Positions 9,888-17,619 of a stretch of DNA of 64,000 nucleotides are shown in pieces. This DNA is from an uncultured Burkholderiales bacterium (GTDB lineage Bacteria > Pseudomonadota > Gammaproteobacteria > Burkholderiales > Burkholderiaceae_C). The stretch spans positions 3,977 to 67,976 of the forward strand of contig CADEDE010000004.1 in the NCBI GenBank assembly GCA_902825995.1. The letters run 5' to 3'. Every line of letters starts with the position of its first letter. Within the stretch, counting starts at the first letter, position 1. The position numbers and the translations under genes are program-made. Under the pieces are notes generated by a model that was not told the DNA's origin, searched no databases, and worked only from the letters and a program-made list of their open reading frames with translations.

Positions 9888-11354
9888 ATGAAACCCATCT
9901 GGGTCGTCGATGACGATCAATCGATCCGCTTCGTGCTCGAAAAAGCACTGGCGCGAGAACAGTTCGCAGTGCGCGCCTTCGCCAATGCCCGCGATGTGCT
10001 GGCCGCGCTCGACGACGACGAGCCGCAGGTGTTGGTCAGCGATATCCGCATGCCCGGCGGCTCGGGGCTGGATTTGCTGGCCAAGATCAAGCAGCGCCTG
10101 CCCGGCCTGCCGGTGATCGTGATGACGGCCTACTCCGACCTCGACAGCGCGGTATCGGCGTTCCAGGGCGGGGCCTTCGAATACCTGGCCAAACCCTTCG
10201 ACGTGCCCAAGGCGGTCGAACTGATCCGCCGCGCGGTCGAGGAAAGCCTGCGCGAAGCGGTGGCCAGCGAGCGCCCGGGCGATACGCCCGAGATGCTCGG
10301 CCAGGCGCCGGCGATGCAGGATCTGTTTCGCGCCATCGGGCGCCTGTCGCAGAGCCACGTCACGGTGCTGATCACCGGCGAGAGCGGCTCGGGCAAGGAA
10401 CTGGTGGCGCGCGCACTGCACAAGCACAGCCCGCGCAGCAACGGCCCCTTCGTCGCCATCAACACCGCGGCGATCCCGAAGGATTTGCTCGAAAGCGAAT
10501 TGTTCGGCCACGAGCGCGGCGCCTTCACCGGTGCGCAGACGATGCGCCGCGGCCGCTTCGAACAGGCCGACGGCGGCACGCTCTTCCTCGACGAAATCGG
10601 CGACATGCCCTTCGACCTGCAGACGCGCCTGTTGCGCGTGCTGTCCGACGGCCAGTTCTACCGCGTCGGCGGGCACCAGCCACAAAAGAGCAATGTGCGC
10701 GTGATCGCGGCCACACACCAGAACCTCGAACAACGTGTGAAGGACGGCATCTTCCGCGAAGACCTGTTCCACCGCCTGAACGTGATCCGCCTGCGCCTGC
10801 CGGCGCTGCGCGAGCGCCGCGACGACATTCCGGTGCTGGCGCGCCAGTTCCTGCAAAAGAGCGCCAGGGATCTCGGCGTCGAGGCCAAGCGTTTGTCGGA
10901 TCCCGCGCTGGCGCGGCTGGCAGCCTTCGACTACCCCGGCAACGTGCGCCAGCTCGAGAACATCTGCCACTGGCTGACCGTGATGGCCCCGACGCAAGTG
11001 GTCGAGGCCAAGGATCTGCCGCCCGAGTTGGTGAGCGACATGGTGGCCGCACCGGATGCGCACGCGGCAGCGATCGCGCCGCCGCCGCCGACCGCGCCGG
11101 GCACGCAAACCATGCCCGCCGCGAGCCCCGTCGCCGGTAGCGGCTGGCTTGCCGATCTCGAACACGAAGCCCGCGCGTTGCTCGACGCCGGCACCCCCGA
11201 AGTCTGGAACACCCTGACGCGGCAGTTCGAAGCCAGGCTGATCCTCGCCGCGCTCGACAGCACCCGCGGCCGCCGCATCGAAGCCGCGCAGCGCCTGGGC
11301 ATCGGCCGCAACACCATCACGCGCAAGATTCAGGATCTCGGCCTGGACGATTGA
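9888..11354 (+). CDS. glnG: Nitrogen regulation response regulator NtrC (sigma-54 activator)
   Basis: Receiver domain (DDDQSIR...DIRMPG), AAA+ domain with GESGSGKE and GAFTGA, and a C-terminal Fis-type HTH. Confidence 0.93.
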   Translation: MKPIWVVDDDQSIRFVLEKALAREQFAVRAFANARDVLAALDDDEPQVLVSDIRMPGGSGLDLLAKIKQRLPGLPVIVMTAYSDLDSAVSAFQGGAFEYLAKPFDVPKAVELIRRAVEESLREAVASERPGDTPEMLGQAPAMQDLFRAIGRLSQSHVTVLITGESGSGKELVARALHKHSPRSNGPFVAINTAAIPKDLLESELFGHERGAFTGAQTMRRGRFEQADGGTLFLDEIGDMPFDLQTRLLRVLSDGQFYRVGGHQPQKSNVRVIAATHQNLEQRVKDGIFREDLFHRLNVIRLRLPALRERRDDIPVLARQFLQKSARDLGVEAKRLSDPALARLAAFDYPGNVRQLENICHWLTVMAPTQVVEAKDLPPELVSDMVAAPDAHAAAIAPPPPTAPGTQTMPAASPVAGSGWLADLEHEARALLDAGTPEVWNTLTRQFEARLILAALDSTRGRRIEAAQRLGIGRNTITRKIQDLGLDD

Positions 11355-11391
11355 GCCAACGGCGACGATCGAATTTGCGACGTGCGGTCGT

Positions 11392-12156
11392 TCAAGCCAG
11401 CGTCAGCAGCACCGGCGCATGGTCGCTCGGACGCTCGTTCTTGCGCGTGGCGCGGTCGATGCTGCAGGCCTGCACCGAGGCCTTCAGCGCCTCACTGACC
11501 AGGATCAGGTCGATGCGCAGGCCCTGGTTCTTGCGGAAGGCCAGGTTGCGGTAATCCCACCAGGACCAGGATTTCGGCGCTTGATCGAAGAGGCGAAACG
11601 CATCGACCAGGCCGAGTGCGATCAGCTTCTTCAAATGGTCGCGCTCCTCGTCGGTGCAATGGATCTGGCCGGCCCAGGCGACCGGGTCGTAAACGTCGCG
11701 GTCGTCGGGCGCGATATTGAAGTCGCCCAGCAGCACCAGCTTCGGGTGCAGCGCGATTTCATCCGCCAACCAGTCGCGCAGCGCGCGCAGCCACTGCATC
11801 TTGTAGTCGAACTTGTCGCTGCCCGGCGCCTGGCCGTTGGGAAAATAGGCACCGACCATGCGCAGGCCCTCGACCGTACCGGTGATGACGCGCGCCAATG
11901 GGTCGGCGAAGCCGGGAATGTTACGCACGATATCGGCGGCTTCGGTCTTCGACAGCAGCGCGACGCCGTTGTAGGTTTTCTGCCCGAACCACTGCACGCG
12001 CCAGCCGGCAGCCTCGATCTCGGCGTGCGGAAATTTGTCGTCGCTGAGCTTGGTCTCCTGCAAGACCATCGCATCGGGCCGGTGCAGGGCCAGCCAGGCG
12101 AGCAGTTGCGGCAGGCGCACGGCGAGCGAATTGACGTTCCAGGTGGCGAGTTTCAT
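11392..12156 (-). CDS. xthA: Exodeoxyribonuclease III
   Basis: 254 aa of the EEP family (MKLATWNVNS, LQETK, GDFNIAP, SDHAPV). Confidence 0.9.
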   Translation of the reverse strand: MKLATWNVNSLAVRLPQLLAWLALHRPDAMVLQETKLSDDKFPHAEIEAAGWRVQWFGQKTYNGVALLSKTEAADIVRNIPGFADPLARVITGTVEGLRMVGAYFPNGQAPGSDKFDYKMQWLRALRDWLADEIALHPKLVLLGDFNIAPDDRDVYDPVAWAGQIHCTDEERDHLKKLIALGLVDAFRLFDQAPKSWSWWDYRNLAFRKNQGLRIDLILVSEALKASVQACSIDRATRKNERPSDHAPVLLTLA

Positions 12157-12430
12157 CGTAGCGCTTTGATGTTGATTTTGTTGTGATGTGTCTTCAGCTT
12201 GTCTGGCGATACCCCAAGTCGTACCCCCATCGGAAAAGGATCATGTGGAACGACGCAGGTTCCCGTCGCCGAGCTGCTGCTCGGCGGCTTGCAGGCGCTG
12301 CAACAGAACATCAAAGTCGATCGGAGAGCCGATAAACATCGGTGCCATCGTCGCATAGTCCTTCGCCAATGCAGCATGGCGCGCAGGCGGCGGAACGAGC
12401 CTGAACGTGCCTGGCATGGCGGTCTCGTAG

Positions 12431-12733
12431 TGGGTCCAGCCTGACGAGAAGAAGCGGCTCATCTGGGACGGTCTGAAGGCGCATCGCAGCAAGCTCGTGC
12501 GCGACTACCTGGACTCCACCGACGGGGACGTGCAGATGGCGTTCCTGCCGCCGTACTCGCCGGACTTGAACCCCGTGGAGTACCTATGGGCATGGCTCAA
12601 GCGCCATGCATTGGCCAACTTCTGCCCGGCCAATCTCGACGAACTCAACGTCACTGCCCGCAACAAGCTCAAGAGCGCACAACACCGCCCCTCCATCATC
12701 ACCGCGTGCTGGGTTCAAGCTGGCCTGTGGTGA
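12431..12733 (+). mobile_element. IS630-family transposase remnant (C-terminal ~95 codons only)
   Basis: LIWDGLKAHRSKLVRDYL...FLPPYSPDLNPVEYLWAWLK is the third catalytic-acid region of IS630/Tc1-mariner DDE transposases. There is no N-terminal part and no recognisable inverted repeats. Confidence 0.75.
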
Positions 12734-12784
12734 TGTCGCCATTTACGGAAAGCTCAATAAGCCACAGACTGCCACGATAACAAG

Positions 12785-13270
12785 ATGCGATCCAACTTTC
12801 CTGCCGTGGTACACGTCGCAGCGCGGCGGGGCCATGCGGCCAGCGTTGCCGCGCTCGTCGCGCTGGCCTGCGCGACGGCGCAGGCCGACGACGAAGCCCC
12901 TGCCGAGCCGCCGCCGACCGCACCCGTTTCGCGCTGGCTCCTGGGCGTGGCCGCGATCCGCTCGCCCGACTATCCGGGCGCGGATCACAGCTCGGCCAAG
13001 CTGTGCCCTCTGTGGGCCTGCCAGGACGGGTGCTTTCGCTTTCGGCGTCAGCGATGCTTCGGCCTTGCAGACCGGCATCGCGGCCTATACGCCGCGCGCG
13101 GGCCGGCGCGATATCCACGCCGGCATCGGCATCACCTCGGCACTCACGCCGCACTGGATCGGCTTTGCCGGCCTCTCCGCGGCTTCGTTGCGCGGCCAGG
13201 CCGCGGACAGCCCCTTGACGCGCGCCGCCTTCAGCACCTCGGCTTCGACCGGCATCGCCTACCGCCCGGG
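12785..13270 (+). pseudogene. Decayed MipA/OmpV-family outer-membrane protein gene
   Basis: Signal peptide plus AIRSPDYPGADHS in one frame. The family C-terminus (ALTPHWIGFAGLSAASLRGQAADSPLTR...TGIAYR) is in another frame. Total length is about half of the intact paralogue at 20717-21547. Confidence 0.55.
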
Positions 13271-13279
13271 GGCCTTGAT

Positions 13280-13801
13280 TCACGTCGGCGCCGCGGCGTC
13301 GATGCGGCGGTAGGTGACGAAGGCATAGGCTACGCCGCTGGCGCTGTGCCGCGACTCGCGCGCGGTTTCGCCGAATCGGCTGCGATCGATGGCGGGCAGG
13401 AAAGTGTCGGCGCCGTCGAACGCGGCATCGATTTCGGTCAGCACCAATTCATCGGCCAGCGGCATGGCCTGTGCATACAATTCGCCGCCGCCGATGACGA
13501 AGACCTTGGCAGCGTTTGCCGTGAGCGCCAGTGCCGCCGCCAGCGACGGCGCGATTTCAGCGCCGTCGGCACACCACGCGGCGTTGCGCGTGAGCACGAT
13601 ATTGCGCCGCCCCGGCAGCGGTTTGAATTTTATCGGCAGCGAATCCCAGGTCTTGCGGCCCATGATCACCGGGCAGCCCATCGTCACGGCGCGAAAGTGT
13701 TTTTGGTCCTCGCGCTCATGCCACAGCAATTCGCCGCCGCGACCGATGGCGCGGCGGCGGTCGATGGCGGCGATCAATGCGAGCTGGGAGCCTGGCTTCA
13801 T
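13280..13801 (-). CDS. folA: Dihydrofolate reductase
   Basis: 173 aa (LIAAIDRRRAIGRGGELLW, VIMGRKTWDSLP, VIGGGELY). The track ORF extending to 14038 is an upstream in-frame extension. Confidence 0.9.
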   Translation of the reverse strand: MKPGSQLALIAAIDRRRAIGRGGELLWHEREDQKHFRAVTMGCPVIMGRKTWDSLPIKFKPLPGRRNIVLTRNAAWCADGAEIAPSLAAALALTANAAKVFVIGGGELYAQAMPLADELVLTEIDAAFDGADTFLPAIDRSRFGETARESRHSASGVAYAFVTYRRIDAAAPT

Positions 13802-13925
13802 GGCGCCGCATTGTCGCTGCCCGCCGACCGTGTGGCCCGCCCCGTGGCGCTGGCGCGCGCAATGCACCGCGCGGCCAGCCAGTCGGTGGCCCACGGCAGC
13901 AGCAGCCACTGGCGGCGCGTCAGCG

Positions 13926-14846
13926 TCATGACGAGCGCCGCGCCGATACGGCGATGCCCGCGACGATGAGCGCAAAGGCCAGTGCGTGGTAGCCGCGCGG
14001 CGTTTCGCCGAGCAACAGCGCCGACAACAGCGCGGCAAACAGCGGCGTCAGGTTGGCGAAAAATGCGGCCAGTGCCGGACCGCCGAGCGCCACGCCCAGG
14101 CCCCAGCAGCGGTAGGTCAGGATCGACGGACCGATGGCCACGAACAGCAAGGCCGCCAGCACCCAGTCATTGCGCCAGTCGATGCTTGCGCTGTGCGCCA
14201 GCGCGACTTCGCCCGCTGTCGCGGCGGCGGCCGCGAGCAAGCCGAACAAGATCTGCACCAACAACAGACCGGCCCAACCCCAGGCCTGCAAGGTATCGCG
14301 CGAAGGCGGCCGCAGCCACGCAGGCGGCCGCACCAACAACCAGCTATAGACCGCCCAGGCCAACGCGGCGATCAGGATGTAGATATCGCCCGCCACCGGT
14401 TGCAGCTGGGCCAGGGCGGCCCACGACCCGCGCGCAACCACCAACACCACGCCGGCCAGCGACAGCACGGCACCGGCCATCTGCCGTGGCGCTGTCGGTT
14501 GGCCGAACGCCAGGGCGCCGACCGCCAGCATCCACAGCGGGCCCGATGCGGCGATCAGGGTCACGTTGAGCGGTGTCGAAGTTGTCAGGGCGAGGTACTG
14601 CAATGCGTTGTAGGCCCCAACGCCCAGGCTGCCAATCACCAACAGGTAGGGCCACGACACGACGATCCTGCGCGCATCGCGCAGCACATGCCAGCCGAGC
14701 GGCGCGAGCAGCAACGCGGCCAGCACCCAGCGCACGAGGTTCAGCGTCAGCGGCGGCACGTGGCCGACGAGCAGGCGGTCGACCACGGCATTGCCGGCCC
14801 ACATCAGCGGCGGCAGGGTCATCAACAGGGCGGTGCGCGGCCTCAT
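13926..14846 (-). CDS. DMT-superfamily (EamA-like) transporter
   Basis: 306 aa with ten hydrophobic helices in two EamA-like halves. ATG 14846 overlaps the stop of the upstream gene (ATGA). Confidence 0.8.
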   Translation of the reverse strand: MRPRTALLMTLPPLMWAGNAVVDRLLVGHVPPLTLNLVRWVLAALLLAPLGWHVLRDARRIVVSWPYLLVIGSLGVGAYNALQYLALTTSTPLNVTLIAASGPLWMLAVGALAFGQPTAPRQMAGAVLSLAGVVLVVARGSWAALAQLQPVAGDIYILIAALAWAVYSWLLVRPPAWLRPPSRDTLQAWGWAGLLLVQILFGLLAAAAATAGEVALAHSASIDWRNDWVLAALLFVAIGPSILTYRCWGLGVALGGPALAAFFANLTPLFAALLSALLLGETPRGYHALAFALIVAGIAVSARRSS

Positions 14847-15148
14847 TCCGGCATCGCCGCGCCGCATGACCAGCATTGGTCGAAGGGTCCGTCGATGCGC
14901 TCGCCGCAGCCGCGGCAGACCCAGTGTCGCCACGCAGGATGCTGCAGTTGTGCGAGCAGCGCACGGGCGGTGTCGAGCTGCTCGTCGTCCTCGACCCAGA
15001 TCTCGGGCAAGGCCTGGTCGGGCGGGATTTCGCCGGCGATGCTGCTGGCAAAGGCGCGTTGCACGCTGACGGCCAAGCCGGCTTGCGCCAGCATGTCGCA
15101 CCACAACGAGGCCAGCGCGAGATTGGGAGCTTGGGCAAGGCGTTTCAT
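14843..15148 (-). CDS. DUF2007-like small protein with C-terminal CxxC...CxxC
   Basis: 101 aa starting MKRLAQAPNLALASLWCDMLAQAG, with C-terminal VCRGCGERIDGPFDQCWSCG. Confidence 0.65.
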   Translation of the reverse strand: MKRLAQAPNLALASLWCDMLAQAGLAVSVQRAFASSIAGEIPPDQALPEIWVEDDEQLDTARALLAQLQHPAWRHWVCRGCGERIDGPFDQCWSCGAAMPE

Positions 15149-15213
15149 CGGCAACGCGATTCTCGCCGCTCGCGTAACCTCGCGGTGTTGTCCGTTAACC
15201 CAGGAGGTGCGCG

Positions 15214-16197
15214 ATGAGCAAGGCGATTCAGATCCAGCAATACGGCGGCCCCGAAGTAATGCAGGTGGTGGACCTCGAAGTTGGCGCACCGGGGGCCGGC
15301 GAAGTTCGCATCCGGCACCACGCCTGCGGCCTGAACTTCATCGATGTCTATCAGCGCACGGGCCTGTACCCCAACCCGCTACCGCTGACGCTGGGCCTGG
15401 AAGGCGCCGGCGTTATCGAGGCCGTGGGCGCGGGCGTGACGCACCTCGCGGCCGGCGACCGCGCGGCCTATGCCGGCAACCCGCCGGGGGCCTACAGCGA
15501 AGTGCGCGTGATGCCGGCCAAGACGGTGTGCAGGCTGCCCGACGGCATCGCTTTCGATACCGCGGCGGGCATGATGCTAAAGGGCCTGACGGCGCAGTAT
15601 TTGCTGAAGCGCACGCTGCCGGTCGAAGGCCTGCAGGCCGGCGATTTCGTGCTCTTCCACGCGGCGGCAGGCGGCGTCGGGTTGATCGCCTGCCAGTGGG
15701 CCAGGGCACTGGGTTTGCAGCTCATCGGCACGGCCGGCAGCGCAGCCAAGTGCGCGCTGGCGCTGGAACACGGCGCGGCGCATGCGATCGACTACAGCCA
15801 GGAAGATTTCGTCGCCCGCGTCAAGGCCATCACCGCCGGCAAGGGCGTGAAGGCGGTCTATGACTCGATCGGCCAGGACACCTTCGAGGCTAGCCTCGAC
15901 TGCCTGCGCCCCTTCGGCCTGCTGGCCAGTTTCGGCAATGCCTCGGGGCCGGTAGCGCCCTTTGCACCGGGCCTGCTCGGGCCCAAAGGTTCGCTGTACC
16001 TGACGCGGCAGACCCTGTTCACGCACATCGCCACGCGCGAGGCGACCCAGGCCATGGCCGACGAGCTGTTCGCGGTGGTCGGCAGCGGCGCGGTGAAGAT
16101 CCGCATCGACCAGCGCTATGCCCTGGCCGACGTGGCCCAGGCGCACCGCGACCTGGAGGCGCGCAAGACCACCGGCTCGACCGTGCTGATGCCCTGA
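15214..16197 (+). CDS. qor: NADPH:quinone oxidoreductase (zeta-crystallin type MDR)
   Basis: 327 aa with GLNFIDVY and AAAGGVG Rossmann motifs and an end typical of Qor (HRDLEARKTTGSTVL). Confidence 0.85.
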   Translation: MSKAIQIQQYGGPEVMQVVDLEVGAPGAGEVRIRHHACGLNFIDVYQRTGLYPNPLPLTLGLEGAGVIEAVGAGVTHLAAGDRAAYAGNPPGAYSEVRVMPAKTVCRLPDGIAFDTAAGMMLKGLTAQYLLKRTLPVEGLQAGDFVLFHAAAGGVGLIACQWARALGLQLIGTAGSAAKCALALEHGAAHAIDYSQEDFVARVKAITAGKGVKAVYDSIGQDTFEASLDCLRPFGLLASFGNASGPVAPFAPGLLGPKGSLYLTRQTLFTHIATREATQAMADELFAVVGSGAVKIRIDQRYALADVAQAHRDLEARKTTGSTVLMP

Positions 16198-16198
16198 C

Positions 16199-16966
16199 TC
16201 AGGCCTTGACCGCGCTGCGGTAGGCGTGCCATGAGGCATGCCCGAGCACCGGCCCGACCACCAGCAGCCCGGCAAACCAGGGCAGCATCGCAAGCACCAC
16301 CAGCAGCGTGATCAATGCGCCCCACAGCAGCATCACGCCAGGCTGTGTGACGACCAGGCGCAGGCTGGTCAGGGCGGCGCTGATGGCATCCACCGGGCGG
16401 TCGAGGATCATCGGCATGGCCACCACGCTGATAGCGAAGATCAGCCCGGCGAAAACGCCGCCGATGGCCAGGTAGGCGGCGATGAAGCCCAGGTTTTCGG
16501 GGTCGAACAGGGCCAGGATAGAGCCCTTGAAATCGGGCATGCCGTCGAAGCTGACCGCGAAGATCACCAGCGCGGCCCGACCCCACAGCATCTCGAGCAC
16601 CAGCAACACGAAGGCGAAGATCGCCAGCGTGCCGGTGCGTGTGTCCCAGGCCAGCAGGGAATCGCCTAAGTCGGGTTGCTCGCCGCGTTCGAGACTCTGG
16701 CTGGCGCGATAAAGGCCCAGGCACACGACGGGCCCGGCGAGCAGGAAACCTGCCGACAGCGCCAGCACATAGGCCGGTGCGCGCTCGAAAACCTTGAGCA
16801 AGGCCCAACCCATGGCCGTAAAGCAACTGCCGTAGAACAGGCCGATGCCCGGGCAGCGTGCGAAGTCGCGCGCACCCAGGCGCAGCCAGCGCAGCGGGTC
16901 GCTCCAGCGCAGGGTATTGAGTTCGATCGCCGGAGGGGCGCTTTCGCGGGTCGGGGTGTCGTTCAT
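16199..16966 (-). CDS. DUF2189-type integral membrane protein
   Basis: 255 aa from ATG 16966 (MNDTPTRESAPP) with the characteristic LRWLRLGARDF... start and 5-6 TM helices. Confidence 0.7.
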   Translation of the reverse strand: MNDTPTRESAPPAIELNTLRWSDPLRWLRLGARDFARCPGIGLFYGSCFTAMGWALLKVFERAPAYVLALSAGFLLAGPVVCLGLYRASQSLERGEQPDLGDSLLAWDTRTGTLAIFAFVLLVLEMLWGRAALVIFAVSFDGMPDFKGSILALFDPENLGFIAAYLAIGGVFAGLIFAISVVAMPMILDRPVDAISAALTSLRLVVTQPGVMLLWGALITLLVVLAMLPWFAGLLVVGPVLGHASWHAYRSAVKA

Positions 16967-17118
16967 GGTGGTCGGATGGGGTTGCGCTCGACGCCGGTCT
17001 CGCCGCGTTGCAGCCGCTGCGCGGCCCATCGGCTGAGATCCAGGTTCGCATAGTGCCCGGTCGCGCTGCGCTTGGCCAGCAGCACCGCTCGTGCTGTGGC
17101 GCTGACGGCCGATGCCGC

Positions 17119-17619
17119 TCAGCCGCCCCGGCGCACGCGGCGCAACTCGTCGGCGATCAGCAGGGCGGCGCCCAGCGTGATGGCGCTGTCGGCGAGGTTG
17201 AAGCTGGGGAAGTACCAGCCGCGCCAATGCAGCTGGATGAAATCCACCACATGGCCGTGCAGCAGGCGGTCAACGACATTGCCCAGGGCCCCGCCCATGA
17301 TCATCGTGACCGCGAAGCAGAACAGTTTCTGCGTCGGATGGCGGTGCAGCATCCAGGCGATGAAGCCGGCCGCGACGATGCCCAGCGCGACGAAGAACCA
17401 GCGCTGCCAGCCCGCCGCGCCGGCCAGGAACGAGAATGCCGCGCCGCTGTTGTGCACGCGCACGAGATTGAAGAACGAGGTCACATGGCGGCTGTCGCCG
17501 AGCTGGAAATAACCCAGGATCAGGGTCTTGGTGAACTGGTCGAGGACGATGACCAACAGCGCCAGGCCGAGCCAGAGGGCGAGGCCGGGAGCGCCGGAGG
17601 AAGAGCGGGCCGCGCTCAA
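17119..17619 (-). CDS. lspA: Lipoprotein signal peptidase (signal peptidase II)
   Basis: [14 protein letters not shown] and [15 protein letters not shown] motifs. Start proposed at TTG 17619, overlapping the ileS TGA and giving 166 aa. An upstream ATG at 17673 would overlap ileS by 58 nt. Confidence 0.85.
   Translation of the reverse strand: MSAARSSSGAPGLALWLGLALLVIVLDQFTKTLILGYFQLGDSRHVTSFFNLVRVHNSGAAFSFLAGAAGWQRWFFVALGIVAAGFIAWMLHRHPTQKLFCFAVTMIMGGALGNVVDRLLHGHVVDFIQLHWRGWYFPSFNLADSAITLGAALLIADELRRVRRGG

Noticed and set aside
9873-11165. 430-aa ORF antisense to ntrC, and similar antisense ORFs opposite ileS (18255-19151, 19416-20534), the his genes (24186-26009), cusA (38371-40377), copA (44334-46781), purL (50345-51847, 52187-53683), glnD (55189-57945) and 58916-60355
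   Set aside because: All overlap well-supported genes on the other strand. They have the low-complexity R/A/G/P composition of out-of-frame high-GC translation and show no recognisable domains.
12241-12417. 58-codon minus-strand ORF (MPGTFRLVPPPARHAALAKDYATMAPMFIGSPIDFDVLLQRLQ...) next to the IS630 remnant
   Set aside because: No recognisable family. It lies in a scar region and may be a fragment of a destroyed gene. Not called as a feature.
16967-17118. 152-bp gap between lspA and the DUF2189 gene with a protein-like minus-strand reading (ARAVLLAKRSATGHYANLDLSRWAAQRLQRGETGVERN)
   Set aside because: Too short and motif-free to assign. It may be a relic of the gene that usually follows lspA, but I cannot support that without a search.
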